Shown here piece after piece: positions 51,047-64,000 of a stretch of DNA of 64,000 nucleotides. The position numbers and the translations under genes were made by a program. Under the pieces are notes generated by a model. It had not been told where the DNA came from and ran no database searches. It saw only the letters and a program-made list of their open reading frames with translations. The stretch lies in NCBI GenBank assembly GCA_051362555.1, contig CM120641.1:47002401-47066400 (forward strand). Direction: 5' to 3'. Position 1 is the stretch's first letter; every line of letters starts with the position of its first letter. This stretch comes from Lingula anatina. Its lineage: Eukaryota; Animalia; Brachiopoda.

Positions 51047-51697
51047 TGTATTTCAGTGTCATCCTGACCGGCAATTTCCGTAGGTGTTGATTTTCACACT
51101 TACACCCAAGACTTGCTAGGTACGCCTGTTCACTTTGAGAAAGATCACATCAGCGATAACAAATATCGCGTTCTACGGTAAGGAGGCGTGAAGGTAAGAA
51201 ACACGTGATTTAAACAGCTGCTTTGGTGGTATATTTTGTTGAAAATCTCATGATGATAGAAATCTATCTACTGGCTGTCTGTTCAGGCCTGATGCACAAG
51301 CACACCTTTGTAACATATTCAGTTAATTTAAATTAACCGAGTAAATTGGCCAGTGAATAAATAGGTATGCACTGTTTTAACAGTTAAAACCACGCTACCT
51401 GGAGCGCAAGACCTATTTTGCCAATGGGTAATGTAAAACAAGAGAGCGCCCATAGCATTGTTTATCATTAGGGTAGACGAGGAAAATAGTACAGAATAGC
51501 GCAGTCAGATAATGAGAACGGTATATGTATCCGTATGCATGTGATCGAGTTCGGGTCAGTTTGACGGCAGTGCATTTTTGTTAAATTGTGCTCTATACAT
51601 GATACTCGTGTTCAATAGCCGCTTCAGATAGGTTCAATTGCCGCTACTGTGTCAAAATTGTAACTTAACCTTCCAGTGTGGGACAGGAACTTCTTCA

Positions 51698-51985
51698 ATG
51701 TCACAGGGCGAGATTGTCAACCAAGATTCCCCAGCAACGATCCCCGTCCTCCAGGAAATGAGAACGATGAACCAGGAATTTCAGGAATTTGGGTCCAAAT
51801 TGGACAATGTTTTAAAGGATGCGAGTGAGCTCCAGCTTGAGCTCGAGGAATTACTACAACTTTTTAATGACAATAACAATACCAAAGGTTTGAAGGACTG
51901 GAAGACAGAGTTAGGGTCGCACCTTAAAACAATCGAGAGCAAAATCGATGGACTTCAACTTCATGAAAATGCCACACAAGGATGA
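51698..51985 (+). CDS. Putative small coiled-coil protein (95 aa) or gag-like remnant
   Basis: MSQGEIVNQ...QEMRTMNQEFQEFGSKLDNVLKDASELQLELEELLQLF...LKTIESKIDGLQL shows heptad periodicity. A ttccag acceptor lies at 51671-51676, with upstream donor-like gtaag at ~51178 and ~51194. No family recognised. Confidence 0.4.
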   Translation: MSQGEIVNQDSPATIPVLQEMRTMNQEFQEFGSKLDNVLKDASELQLELEELLQLFNDNNNTKGLKDWKTELGSHLKTIESKIDGLQLHENATQG

Positions 51986-52268
51986 GACTTCATTGATCTG
52001 TTACCGCTGTGACATTTCCATGTCAAATAATCTCAGAGGCAATGGTGAGAAAGGACACTTGACAGTACTTTAAATGGATTCTAACTTTAAGGGACAAAAT
52101 ATTGTGTCGCCAGCAGAAAGTTCACCGAGTTTGAGAGAAGCTCCAGGTTAAATATATCGGAATAAAACCGTCCGTTCCATGATCAGACAGTGTAATATAA
52201 CAAGTCAACATTTTTTCATAATTTCTGTTGGGTTAAGTGCGGGCTATATCGCAGCAGCAACATAACAG

Positions 52269-52271
<3 letters not shown>

Positions 52272-52310
<39 letters not shown>
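52272..52310. repeat. (TA)n microsatellite
   Basis: Directly visible. Confidence 0.95.
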
Positions 52311-52313
<3 letters not shown>

Positions 52314-52868
52314 CCTCAGTTCACCCTTCCATGTGTGGCTACATATAGACGCCGCTGTCACTGCAGCCTGTATTGTTACGGCATTATGCAGGATCACACA
52401 GGAGAAGAACGTTATCTCGTTCAGTTGTGTTAATCCACCAGACTTTATCCGATCCCCAGAAACACCTGAAGAACAAGCGACATCGCAGCGTTTTTAATAT
52501 TATAAAGACGGGGTTATATAACGAGGCTCAAGTTAAAAAAGCAGTCCTATTAAACGACCTTTAATGTAGACTTATGCCTGCGTCTTTGCATAGAGGGTCG
52601 ACGTGTACATGTACGTGGAGAAGATTTTTCAAAATCACGTCACCATGTAAATCAATATCACAAAGCTTCTGTTTCCCGGGGTATTACGTATGCCTCAGTT
52701 TTGTGTTCTTTTTCATCTTTAACTTCAGGAATACGCCGGCCTTTCTTCGTGTATATCTCACCGGCGCTGAGATGTGAACTTAATTAAGGTGCTATTTGTT
52801 TTATTTGGTACATAAATAATAAATCAGAAATGTGTGTTTCATCAGTTCTACTCGTTCAACTATTCAAC

Positions 52869-52873
<5 letters not shown>

Positions 52874-52935
<62 letters not shown>
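52874..52935. repeat. (TC)n microsatellite
   Basis: Directly visible. Confidence 0.95.
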
Positions 52936-52938
<3 letters not shown>

Positions 52939-53790
52939 ATGGACTACATGTAGCAAGTGGGGGGATAAGAGACATACCCTGCAGGGCAGTTGGGCGTAGT
53001 TTCCACGGAATTCAGCTTTCTTGTTTAATGAAAATGATTTTCGTGATTATAGTCAGCGCCTTCATTATGCCGAGACTAACTTGATGTCAAATATTGCATG
53101 ATATGAAACCCTCAATACATCTTAATACTGCCATATGCACGAACGTCTCATGACAGACAAACATTAGAGGAACGCTGAAATTGATCCACTTAAAGTGTAG
53201 ACTTATCTTGCCTCTTTGAATGTTAATATGATGCTGGCAGACTACATGTGGGTCCCCGACAGCGACTGTTTGTTACATTTGAGACAAAACAATTTCAACT
53301 TCATATTCGCCCGCTTCTACAAGGGACTTCGAACCAAAAATAACCCATTAACCTCTATACGGAAACAAGTAGGAAGTATCCTTTAAAATACTTGTCATGT
53401 TTTCTTTACATTCTGTAAAATTGGTGATATTGATTTTATCACTTAAAATGGTTAAACATTTGAAAAAAGGTGATGAAATTTAGACAAACTATCTCTTTAA
53501 TATAGGGCCCACCAAAGAGCATTATGATCGGATGTATTTATCAAGCAGAGAATACAGTTCAAGTAAAAGGTTTACCAGCAGGGCATTAGGAATGTTAGAC
53601 TTACGACCGGAGTGCACAATTTACATGTACCAACAATATGCAGCAATAACTGTGTCATGATATTACGTATGATCCAATTTACGTAAATCTTTTTTCAGTG
53701 AACTAGTGTAGGTTTGACACCACCTGTTGTCTATCTGGGGCCTTGTGCTTTGTTATTTCTCTCACTTTCACTATTACTCCCCCCCCTTTA

Positions 53791-53792
<2 letters not shown>

Positions 53793-53828
<36 letters not shown>
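53793..53828. repeat. (TC)n microsatellite
   Basis: Directly visible. Confidence 0.95.
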
Positions 53829-53830
<2 letters not shown>

Positions 53831-54325
53831 GGCACGGTTCGAGCTTGTACGAATAAAACGAAATTTTTATTCCTCCAAGGTTTTAGTCATACACTTAATA
53901 AGTGCTAAGAACCGTGTACAATAACATCTCATTATCAGCTGATGTGGGGAGCACGACAAAAGGGAAGCCACGGTATAACAGAGGTACATGTGTACATGCA
54001 CAACATTCTTCTCGTCCCGTTAACCTGGACAAGGTTTAGAGCGTGTTATGTGTCAAATGATTCGTCATGATCATTCATTGCAAAATATAGGGGGACAGAA
54101 CAAAGCTCTAATATTAGATGTAAACAGATAACAGAAGGGGGCAAAATTTTTGTTTTGACTTTGATAAATGTAACTTTACAAAATAAAGAAAACGTGTAGT
54201 TGTAGCCACAGTAGGCCAAAAAGTCGTTGCCCTTTTGACTCGTCAATCCATTATCGCCCTACTGCAGAAAATAAACCAAAACATTTCTCCTGTTTAGTCT
54301 TAAACTCTTCAACTTTATTCCATTA

Positions 54326-54537
54326 TACCCCCTTTACACTGGACGGCGTCCTTTCTGCGAACATGAAATTTGGCAGAGCTGTGGTCTTAATATGGAGGCA
54401 CGAGCATTGATTTTGTATCAGAATGAATGCTCAATGATCGGCCAGTTGTCAGCACGTAAAGTATTATAATTTTTCAACTCTCAAATGGGGCCGTACTGCT
54501 GAACGCAGAAAGGACGCCCTCCAGTGTAAAGGGGGCT
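54326..54537. mobile_element. Harbinger-type MITE (~212 bp)
   Basis: ~32-bp TIR CCCCCTTTACACTGGA(C/G)GGCGTCCTTTCTGCG, with TTA on both sides (54323-54325, 54538-54540). Confidence 0.8.
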
Positions 54538-54631
54538 TTAGTGAGTATCATCAAGACGCTTTCCAAATAATGCCTCTTCTCGGTTCTTTAAATAATGGGT
54601 TATCCGCCCATCAATCTCACGGGGTCCTTAA

Positions 54632-57090
54632 AGGGTTTGCTTCATGCCGTCAGAATGGCCTGAACGGAACATATTCTTCAGAAAACATGCCCAACTAACG
54701 ATATCTTTATCCAAATACACAAATTAAAAGCTCATTTTGTAAATTTTTGGCTTTAAAAAACGTCCTATTTGCTCGGCCTGGGAGTTAATGAGCTATGTGG
54801 TCACGTGGTCCAATGACGACAATCGAGCCACTGGAGAACAGAGCGTGCTTAGCTGTCAAACTGAGCTGCATTGTCCACCTGTAAGATGACTTCTCTGGCT
54901 TCTGATAAAAGTTTATACTCATTCAAATCTCTTACCCGAGGGGTCTAAATCCTCGTGAAGCTGTGTAAAACCATTTCCCGTCTAGTCATTTCTTTAACAA
55001 GCATTTCATTATGGTTATCCCAAGTTGTATAAAACACTGCATTTGAATGAGTTAAGGGAAATGTTGATTATTGCATATGAGGTCCATGTTATTTGTGAAA
55101 TTCAATTTATTTTATTAAACCGCTGACACTCCGTCTTGCATACTTTTATTAAACTGAGGTAAACAATGCCTGTTACCTTTACAAGTCCTATCTTAATCAT
55201 CCATCTACCCGGAACTTCCTTTACCTCTTAATTAGAGGGTTAAATGGCATTCAATTTGTCTTGCTTGTATCGAACGCACTCTCTATCTAAGCTTTACTCC
55301 AGTTATCTCAGGTAAAAATCTACCTGTGCGTTAGTTACAAAGCGCAGCTCCCGTAGACCTGGGGGTACTAGATAAAATCTGAACACCAGGTTTATCGAGG
55401 AGCTAGAGAAAGAAAGGAAGAATTTTTCCTGCACAACTTCATAGGAATTTTAACGGACTTAATCCAGCTTAGACCTCCAAACTAACAGGGTGACATGGGC
55501 AATTTTCACAAACAAATCATAAAACTATATTTCAGTTAACCGCCTTTAAAATAAATATACCGTTCTGGGTAAATTAAAATAGTTATTAAATCGCAAGAAT
55601 ATTTTTGACTTAAATGATGATTTTATTATTAATGGAAATTAAGCTACTATATGAGGTACATTTGCTGTGATTACGCTGTCCTTCATGTTTTGCGTAAGTC
55701 TACATTTTGCTGTATGTGCTTGTAATCTTTTTAAATATGTGCGTACAATTTTTGCAGGTCTGGTTACCCCCCTGTTATGTGATGAGAGTATTAATTTGGC
55801 AATTAGTTCCTTAGCTTATTTGAATAGAATTGCAGTGTAAAATTTTCAACAAGATGTTGGCGAAGTAGCCCATTACTCTTTGTAGGTATTTCCCCCGTCA
55901 AAGTTTGTCTAAAATTATCTTTCAATCTTTACTCTTTCAAAGACAGTATAAAGTTACCTGACATATTTTCGTGTAAACTTAATGACAAGCCAAGTGTCTC
56001 CAGTTCATTCCGTACTCAATTTTACCCAAGCAAATTTTTTTCTTGAGTAGATCTTTATAGCACGGTGTTATAAGCTTACAAATTTGCAAAAAAAAAATTG
56101 CGTACTGACGCAGAATTTGCGTTTCAAGTTATAAAATAATCAATCTTTTAAACTATTTAATATTTCAGATGAAATAATCTTCAGAAACAAATCCTCAAAG
56201 CATAAACGAATTAGGATAACGAACCATTTTATTATAGCAGTTCCCATTTTTTCTTTAATATAACGCTCTTTTTCCTGTTTTTCCTCAACACGTTTTCTTC
56301 CACGGAAGCTTCAAGATACCCTGAGAGCAATTTCTTTTATTTATGTTCGCGACCGTGTTTGAACTTAATTGTTTAAGTATTGATATTTAACGTCATTTAC
56401 AAATACCAATAAAATAACCCCATGAAATAAATGAGATATATTGAAAAATATGAAAGCCCACCAAGACGAGTTTCATACCTGTTATTACCTGGCTTGGGAA
56501 TTGCAGCGGTGCATAATTAACAGGTTTGTTGTAAACGAGCTTTTGGTCAACTACAAAGCATTTAAAATGCATCAGCAATCAGTAAGTTTGCCAACTGATG
56601 ACAGTTAATCTGAAAGACTACCAGCTCTTGATATGATCTAAACCACCTGAGGTGACCATGATCTAGAGCATCGCAACTATTGTCACCGAAGTTAGTAAGT
56701 CACGGAAGACCGTCACAGACAAAGAAAGATTGTCAAAGAGAGCTGCAATTTTGGTGAATCCCACGGCAACACACCGAGGCATAACGAAAATTCCTCAACT
56801 CCGTTCAACACAACTTTCCTTAACTTCTACGTCTGTATAGTATGCACCATGCACCTCAGTTGAGTCTCATAGACCTTTATCGTGATTGTCGTCACAGTAC
56901 CACGTGACCCAGATCTGTTGCTTCATTTTTGCATATTGAGGTGAGGTTTACTAAAACGCTTTTTTTCTACTAATAGATTGTTTTTATAATTTTTAAATGG
57001 CGGGGATCGATTAAAACATACCTCTAGTGTATAGATTGAGTGCTGTATCTTCAAAATTCGAGAAATGGATTTTTACATGAACATTGTCCT
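54632..57090 (-). mobile_element. Possible non-autonomous Kolobok-like DNA transposon (~2.46 kb)
   Basis: TTAA on both sides. Ends AGGGTTTGCTTCATG versus (reverse complement) AGGACAATGTTCATG (9/15 match). Minus-strand ATG at 56782 gives MPRCVAVG, resembling a THAP-domain start, but the frame soon closes. Confidence 0.4.
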
Positions 57091-57468
57091 TTAAAAATTA
57101 ACGCTTGCGTGCGAGATAAGATAGCGGACTTGCATTCCCGCTGGGTACTCATCCGAGGAGTGACGAAGGTGGTAAAAAAAGAAATCAGTGCGAGGAAAAG
57201 GAAGAGAGTGAGGTGCTGATACTGGGACGAAGGGAGGGGGGCGGTTTAGTGGGGCGTGGTCAAAGTATCTAGTTGGACAAGTGAGCTAATGAGCTTTGCA
57301 AACACCCGCCCCGGCGGACACACACACGCACACACACGTCACATCACAGTATGATTATGCTAATATTTTTGGCATATCTGAAAGTTTTAAACCACTTTTG
57401 CATTTAGTAGGCGTCTTCAAGGATAACCCGCCAGTGCACCCCCCCCCCCCAATATTCCTGTGAAGACA

Positions 57469-58918
57469 TCACAAATTTGGAGAGTTTATCGCAAAGAAAG
57501 ACACCGAAGCTTTATCGCCTCCATTCATATCGCAGATATAGTCCTCGGAGTTGAGAGGTTTGAATTTAGAAGTCATTTTCGCTGTGTTGACTGCGAGCGT
57601 GCCATTCGTGTACATCTTTACTGTATCCACGTCATAGCCAATACCTGACCCTCCATTTGTTACCATCCTCGTAGTGCTAAACTGAGTAAGTTCATCATAT
57701 TCAGCGTCATATTCTTTAAAATCTGAAAAGATTACGATAAAGCTATTTTGTATATCAATGACGATAGTTTCCATTATGATTGTGGTAGATGCGGTATAAC
57801 TTAACCCTTAGCAATCTCATCCACACTCGCATCATTACTCTTCCAAGCTCTGCTAAAGTATTGTGATTGTGTTCAATGCTATATTTCTCTTGCAGTATTC
57901 CCAACTAGCACAATCACATCACAGATTTGACGTTACCTGATAAATAGCCACCGCTCACAACATTTAACCTCAAACCTGTGTGACACAGGGAAAAGTTAAC
58001 AGTGAACCTGACCCGAATCCCCGCAGTTAGATTCTTCCTTATGGGCACTGTATCGGCTTTTAATAACACTGGATTTTCACCCACTGTTATTCTGAGATCT
58101 GTACTGGAATGAACAAAATAATTATAAAAGAAAATAAAAGACCAGGTTTGCACTGTAAAGGCCATTACTCTTTTTGCGTTTTAAATATATATAAAAATAT
58201 ATAAATGTTATGGACATATACTTTACACAAAAAAAATTAAAAAGAACAGCATGTTAAGAGTATACCAGTATTTCGCCCGCAAATTACAAGTCCACTCCTC
58301 TCTGCGGATGACCTTAAACTCTGCAGGTGTCATTGTGGTTAGCCTGACGCTGACGTTACCGTTAATGTCCACCTTTTCCTCCAACAGCTGCATCTGGATA
58401 TCTGATAACGATACAGTTTGCAGTCTTCAAATTCAGCACAAGGGAGATTCAGGTCTTAAGTTCTCTATTGTTTACAATCGGATATCAAGCCTTATCTCTA
58501 GAATGCGTTAACCTTAAACCCGTCTGACCCGTCTGACAGATAACGTGATTCGATTGTTTAGTTATACGTGTTCACTTCTATCTTATGAAGCCAGCTTTAA
58601 GCGAAGCTCTTTGAACTTATATCTGAAATTGACCACAAACTACTTACCAGATTCGTTTAATATAAGCCGAGTTTTAGAAAACTCGAAATATGGAAGTCCA
58701 TTCTTTGGCTCATCGTAATACTTAAAATTGTCAACATTTCCACCAAAAGCACGATCTGTCAGTGGTGCAAGCGTGAAGAAAAAGAGGGAATGCCCAGACT
58801 TAAGTGCCTTCACGGCAATTTTGAAGTCCACCCGTTCTGGATCTGGTGGCTGAGAATCCAGATTTAGAGGTAAAACAGGATATGCCAATAAAATGATGAT
58901 GACCGCTATCCGGAACAT
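57469..58918 (-). CDS. Secreted protein (275 aa) with two internal VirK-like repeats; paralog A
   Basis: Exons 58918-58648, 58401-58266, 58103-57937, 57722-57469 (828 nt). Signal peptide MFRIAVIIILLAYPVLP. Repeat 1 ALKSGHSL...FGGNVDNF...FEFSKTRL...VDINGNVSV...WTCNL; repeat 2 NLTAGIRVRFTVNFSLC...SGGYLSDF...QFSTTRM...MYTNGTLAV...YICDM...VSFF. Gene model strong; VirK assignment moderate. Confidence 0.8.
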
Positions 58919-59776
58919 AATGAACCGAGAAATTCCGCCCCGCTGTGAGATAACAAGCACTAGAGAGCTTACAGTTTACCTTGGACCTCGGTCCTACTGA
59001 ACAAGTTTGTTAATTTGGATAGCTTGGACCCATTATGAGTTCAAAAGCTTGCACAGCAATATTTGGCACAACTGGCCTCTTACATGTATAAACTGATAGA
59101 AATAAAAGATGTCAAGTTAATCTAGGAAAGCCCTAAAAAGATCAATACCCAAGTCCCTGTGCCGAGAAAATGTTAAACATTAACATGGATGACAGATAAT
59201 GGTAAACAAACTTTGAGACTTGATATCAGAAAAGGTCCATAACCCCCTCCAAACAGTTTTGATTTAGTCAGTAATATAGAACTGTGTATTGCTTGAGATT
59301 AACGATAACAGTTTTAATTGTCAATCAAACTATCTGAAATTAAGAAGAGTCCAAATTTTGATGATCTTCATGACGAAGCGTTTGCAAGAGAGAGATAGAG
59401 AGAGACATTTCTTTTGATCGCAATTTATTTGTTTTTGATAACAATGATAAGAAGAGAGAAGAGAAAAAACAAAGCATTGTAGATTTCGCCATTTTTCTGT
59501 ATTTTATAATGCATGTCAAAAATTGCATTAAAACAAAAACGTACATAGACTACCTGTCTAAAGATGATTACCGGATGGAAATGACTGAACCTACGTTGCT
59601 GTCATATACGTTCTAACTTGACACATGTGTTTGCCAAAATCCCATACTGTTCACAGTGCATGTAGGAAAGTGGTAACTCAAATTACCAACGAAGATACGT
59701 CAGCTTTTTCTCGCTGTCTTTAAAGTGAGCATTACATATAAATGAACATACTGTAGATCTACGGCGAGTCCCAACG

Positions 59777-61751
59777 CTATACTGCGTATACCTTCACGGA
59801 GACGCCATCCGGCTCGTCTGAATGCATGTTGCACGTGTACTGGTTCACCTGGCCTTGGAGAGGGGAATACGTGGTGGGCGTCACTCTATAGTTCGTAATC
59901 TTAAACACACCCGTGGTGTAGATTTTAGCAAAGAAGACATCAAAGACGTGTCCTGCTCCACTGTTATTGGTGATCAGATTCTGACTGCTTATTTCTGTGA
60001 CTACGTCATCATCTTCAGGATAGTTTCTGAAACCTGTAAAATGATATCAAGTGAAATTCTGTACCGTTTTTGTCACAGGGCATTCTGTGCTTTTGAAAGA
60101 CTCGGTTAAGCTTTGATGTTTCTTATTTGTAATAATTGAATCATTTCGATTTTATGTCAGAGTATAAATGAACTTTGAATGATGTTTTTGCTGTTTGGAA
60201 TGTTTCCATTTTCATTGTTTACATCCCAAAAGCGATCCATCATTTTGAATTAACCAAATAAATATTTTTACTAGAAACTGTATTTTAGGCTAAGTAAATA
60301 TGTAAAAAATGTTTGTATCTGTTCACCTAGCAAAATGCAATTAAGTATCATTAAAAACGATATGTTTATATTTATAGGCTATAAGAAATCTGAAACTCGA
60401 CACACTAATACTGAGTAAGACCTAAAGATGATTCGTCACTCTTTTTTTCGCCAAAATTGTGTAAACAGTCCCTTCAACATGTAATCGATAACAAAATTCA
60501 AAACCGATTACGTTTTTTCGGTTAAGACTGTGATCTTATCCATAAAATATCTTTTTCATGAACACAATCCTTGATCTTATCTTACTTTGTATTTCGCCGC
60601 CAAAAGTTGCGTTGACTTTTGGTCCCCCGAGGCAGAGAGAATAGTTGACATGAAACCTAATCCTATCCGCCAGCATCAAGCGTAGTCTTAGCTCTATCAC
60701 CCCGGTCACCCGAGCGGGCACCTGATCTGGCTTGCCTATGAACTGGACACTAGAATAACATATTTCTTGAATTAATTTGTTTCTATCTCCCGCAAATTGT
60801 AGTTTTCATGGAAGGCATTTTGCCGATCCATGGAGTTTCACTAAATGGTTTCGGATACGGAGCGGTGTATGTACATGTGAAATTTGGTGAAAGGTCTCAA
60901 AAGACACTTAGTAATGTCTGGTAATAACAAAAAAGGATGAAAAAATATTCAAAATCGCACCTCAGTCTGAATTTATTTCAAGATTGAAATTAAAATTTGT
61001 CAAAACTTCATTTTCTGTTTCCCAAAATAAACAGATTCTACAAAACAATCTTAAAGGTAGGGAGTAATAGGAAGATTGTGAAGAATGTGAAGGCCAACTG
61101 ACCAATCAGAAGAATTGCTGTAGAGAACACATGTCCAGCTTTCCCTTCGTTGGACTGTTAATTGTGAAGGTATCATTGTGGTCAGGGAGACGTTCACTTT
61201 TCCTGTGTCATCCATTCTTCCCTCCATCAGTCGCGTCAACAGTCCTTACAATAAGCAATGATAAGTAATATGATTTATCAGTCGTGATATTCTCTTTTTC
61301 AGGTCTACATATGTCATTGAAGTACAATGTATTAATTATATAACAGTGTATCTTAATTGTCGGACAATCAGATCAAAACCTCATATCTCCATGTACATGT
61401 ATTTTTGTCGTTGATCATGGCGACTTTTCTCACAATATTGGCACGACTCTTCTTCTTACCTGTCTTATTCCTGGTCATCCGCGTATAGGAGAAGTCAAAA
61501 TAGCATTTTTGCGAGAATCCCGATGTCCCGTGAGACTCGTAATACTTGAAATTATCCACATAACCTCCAAAAGCTCCTTCGTGTTTTGTGACCATGGTGA
61601 AAGACACGGTTTGTCCGGATTTCAGGGAAGTCACGACATTTCTGAAATACTGTTGCGGAGAAGGCGAAGGCTGTCCAAAGACCCCGTAGAATGCCAGAAT
61701 GAAAAGAAAACCTCCCAATCCGTTCAGCCTTCCAGCTTTATGGAATAACAT
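59777..61751 (-). CDS. Secreted protein (284 aa) with two internal VirK-like repeats; paralog B
   Basis: Exons 61751-61460, 61244-61103, 60749-60586, 60033-59777 (855 nt), with the same intron phases (1,2,1) as paralog A. Shared motifs LKSG, AFGG(Y/N)VDNFKYY, YF(D/E)FS, V(N/S)V(S/R)LTTM, RRE(S/E)WTC, RF(H/T)VN(Y/F)SLC, Y(T/I)C(N/D)M. Confidence 0.8.
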
Positions 61752-61951
61752 GCTGGCGGATAAATACACAGAGCTTGCAAATTTAAAGTAATTCTTCGTG
61801 GCTAAAGTTTGACATCATACGACGTAACTGTGCTGATGACCTCGGTATTGAAGAGCATTATTATCACTGAACTACGGCCACATGTTATCGTATGTACTGG
61901 TATCGCAAAGGGTAAAAACCGAAGTAACATGTACGAGATAGCATACGATAA

Positions 61952-61953
<2 letters not shown>

Positions 61954-61988
<35 letters not shown>
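61954..61988. repeat. (GA)n microsatellite
   Basis: Directly visible. Confidence 0.95.
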
Positions 61989-61991
<3 letters not shown>

Positions 61992-62089
61992 TTTAAAAAG
62001 ATAATCGAATGAATTACAATTGAGGCGAGGAGAAAATGGTAAACGCAAGGATATTTTATGTTCCACAAATGGCTTAGGCTAATATACAG

Positions 62090-62145
62090 TATATTATATT
62101 ATATTATATTATATTATATTATATTATATTATATTATATTATATT
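62090..62145. repeat. (ATATT)n pentanucleotide microsatellite
   Basis: Directly visible. Confidence 0.95.
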
Positions 62146-63141
62146 TGTGAAAGCAAAAGGTTGAGGTGAGAGTTTCAGCCTTTTAAGTGAACTCATTTAG
62201 AGTAACTCACTGTTTAAGTTTCAAATGAATGCCAATGAACTCCTATCCAAAAGTCTTTGTTCAGCTGCTGTATTGTATTGCATTCTCGTCCAAACAGGTA
62301 AACAGCGCAGTCATTTTCTTACCCTTCGGCATTTACGAACTTTAAAAAAGAGTGTGAACTTAAAACATGTTGAATAGCGGACTGCTTCTTTGTTGACCCG
62401 ATACGCTATGAGCTATGTGCACTAACTCCCGTGGAGTATGTGGAATTAAAATTCATATTTCAAGCTTTTAATTTCAGTATTTGTCATGATTAAACATATA
62501 TGCGGTATTAACATGTAGAATGTTGCACTTTCGGTTAAAATTAAAGTATAGCTACACCAAACGTAGGCCTACAATAAGAGCACAGTTTTCTACTCAGAAT
62601 TACGAAACTGTTCCCATATGCGTACCACATCGCTATTGTTGTACATTATAGGCTATACTGTAATATCATAGAAGACTGTATTAAAATATTAAATGTCAAA
62701 CACACACACAAACAAAATTTGACAGAGGGAAGACAAACTTTATTAGAGAGCCTAAATATAAATTACTGATTCACAAAAAGTTTTGATAAATCCCAAATTA
62801 CAATGTTTAAATACAGTCTGACAAAATTTCAATAAAAATTCAGATTGAAAAAATAATTTGAGATAACTGCAAAAGAATAATAAGTGGTGTGATTTAAAAT
62901 TTGAAAATAGTGGGGGCATAAAAGGCTTTATCATATCAAAATATACAAGACTTAATTGTAAACTACAGTGTAGAAATCTTAAAAAATGGAATAAATAGTC
63001 TGTGACGTCGCATAAAGTTTTTTTTTTTTTTTGAAGCAACAGTAAATGTTTTTATCTAAAAATTGCTACAAGTTAAACATAAATATATCAAAAATAATCT
63101 CTATGGCATTCAAGTAAAATATTGTTTCTGTGAGACCCCAT

Positions 63142-63295
63142 TCCAACGCTGCGGGGACTCTCACTGAGGGCGTTTCCAACACACTCCTATAATTACCAGC
63201 TTTTTTTTGTATTCTACTTAAAGCCAGTAGGAGGCGTGTTAACCTCTTAATCTGTTAATCTGATTGCATTCACCCGGAGTCCCCGCGGAGTTGGA
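63142..63295. repeat. 19-bp imperfect inverted repeat pair, MITE-like
   Basis: TCCAACGCTGCGGGGACTC versus reverse complement TCCAACTCCGCGGGGACTC. No clear TSD. Confidence 0.5.
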
Positions 63296-63774
63296 TCGAT
63301 CTACGCTGAAGTGCAGTCATTGATACCAGTTAAATTTTCAGACCCCCCCCCCCACTTGATCTCCTAATTTGAGCACATACAAAAGTTCATTACCCCCTAG
63401 CTTCTCGAGGGAGCGTGCCAGACAATTAAGTTGATTACATTGACTGCACTTATGCGAGAATCCCCGCAGAGATAGATCGATCCTCCTGGTACGATGACTT
63501 TATTCTGAACGTTCCCGGTGAGAATGGGGCCTCGGACACAGCAATACGATAAGAAGGGAAGTTTGATTATCATTAAACCACAAATTGATAAAGTTTGAAA
63601 GGCATAGGCAATCCATAAACGATGCACGTTATAATTGTAAATGACAAAGAATGACAAACGTAAAAACAGTCCAAGTGGTGGAACATCTGAACAGAATAAA
63701 ATACACAGATTAACACTGCACAACACAACGAGAATACAACATAAAGACAATCAAACGATTACAGCGCCCTCTAT

Positions 63775-64000
63775 TTACACGAGATGGATCTCATCAGTTG
63801 GCTCAGGGGTGATACGAATATTTTCCACGGGGGATCTGGTCCTGCTGGTGAATTGCGGGAAGTTGAATGCAGGTGGCAACGAGCCGTTGGACATTTCGGA
63901 CGCAGGCCTGGAAGGTGGGAAAGAGGTTTGGGAACCCGGCCTGTACATGGGCGCTTTCCCTGATACCCAACTGTCCTTGATAGGGTCGACCTTGTTCCCT
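63775..64000 (-). CDS. 3' end of an unidentified gene entering from the right (Pro/Ser-rich, probably disordered tail)
   Basis: Open frame GNKVDPIKDSWVSGKAPMYRPGSQTSFPPSRPASEMSNGSLPPAFNFPQFTSRTRSPVENIRITPEPTDEIHLV* with clearly higher GC than the flanking DNA. Confidence 0.6.
   Translation of the reverse strand, partial: GNKVDPIKDSWVSGKAPMYRPGSQTSFPPSRPASEMSNGSLPPAFNFPQFTSRTRSPVENIRITPEPTDEIHLV

Noticed and set aside
57225-57340. GC-box-rich segment (GGGGCGG, GGGGCGTGG) as a promoter
   Set aside because: No gene start could be tied to it; it lies just 3' of paralog A.
1-64000. CRISPR arrays, rRNA or tRNA genes
   Set aside because: No regularly spaced repeat-spacer array or recognisable structural RNA gene seen by eye; a covariance-model scan was not possible.

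Overview
AT-rich, intron-containing animal DNA, probably a marine invertebrate such as a mollusc (taxon is inference only). By hand-splicing at GT-AG sites I reconstruct a compact cluster of secreted-protein genes. (1) The 5' part of a vitellogenin-N/large-lipid-transfer-like gene (minus strand, ATG 4547). (2) Head-to-head with it, a 20-exon, ~3318-aa secreted EMI + EGF-like + many FN3/Ig-like-repeat protein (6214-34289). (3) A 22-exon, ~1724-aa secreted protein (36444-48463) joining a beta-rich N-terminus, a bacterial ComEC/ComA-type metallo-beta-lactamase domain on one phase-1/phase-1 exon, a Hedgehog N-terminal (Hedge) domain with no Hint/Hog, and an apparently inactive peptidase-M15-like domain. 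(4,5) Two tandem paralogous secreted proteins, each with two VirK-like repeats. The 3' end of a further gene lies at the right edge. Introns and intergenic DNA hold a 4.4-kb TA-target DNA transposon nested in a copy of itself, a deleted Harbinger, MITEs, possible Kolobok/LTR/Penelope remnants and microsatellites. The best candidate for an undescribed system is the Hedge-MBL-M15 protein and the cluster of giant secreted proteins around it. Domain calls come from remembered family motifs, not database searches.
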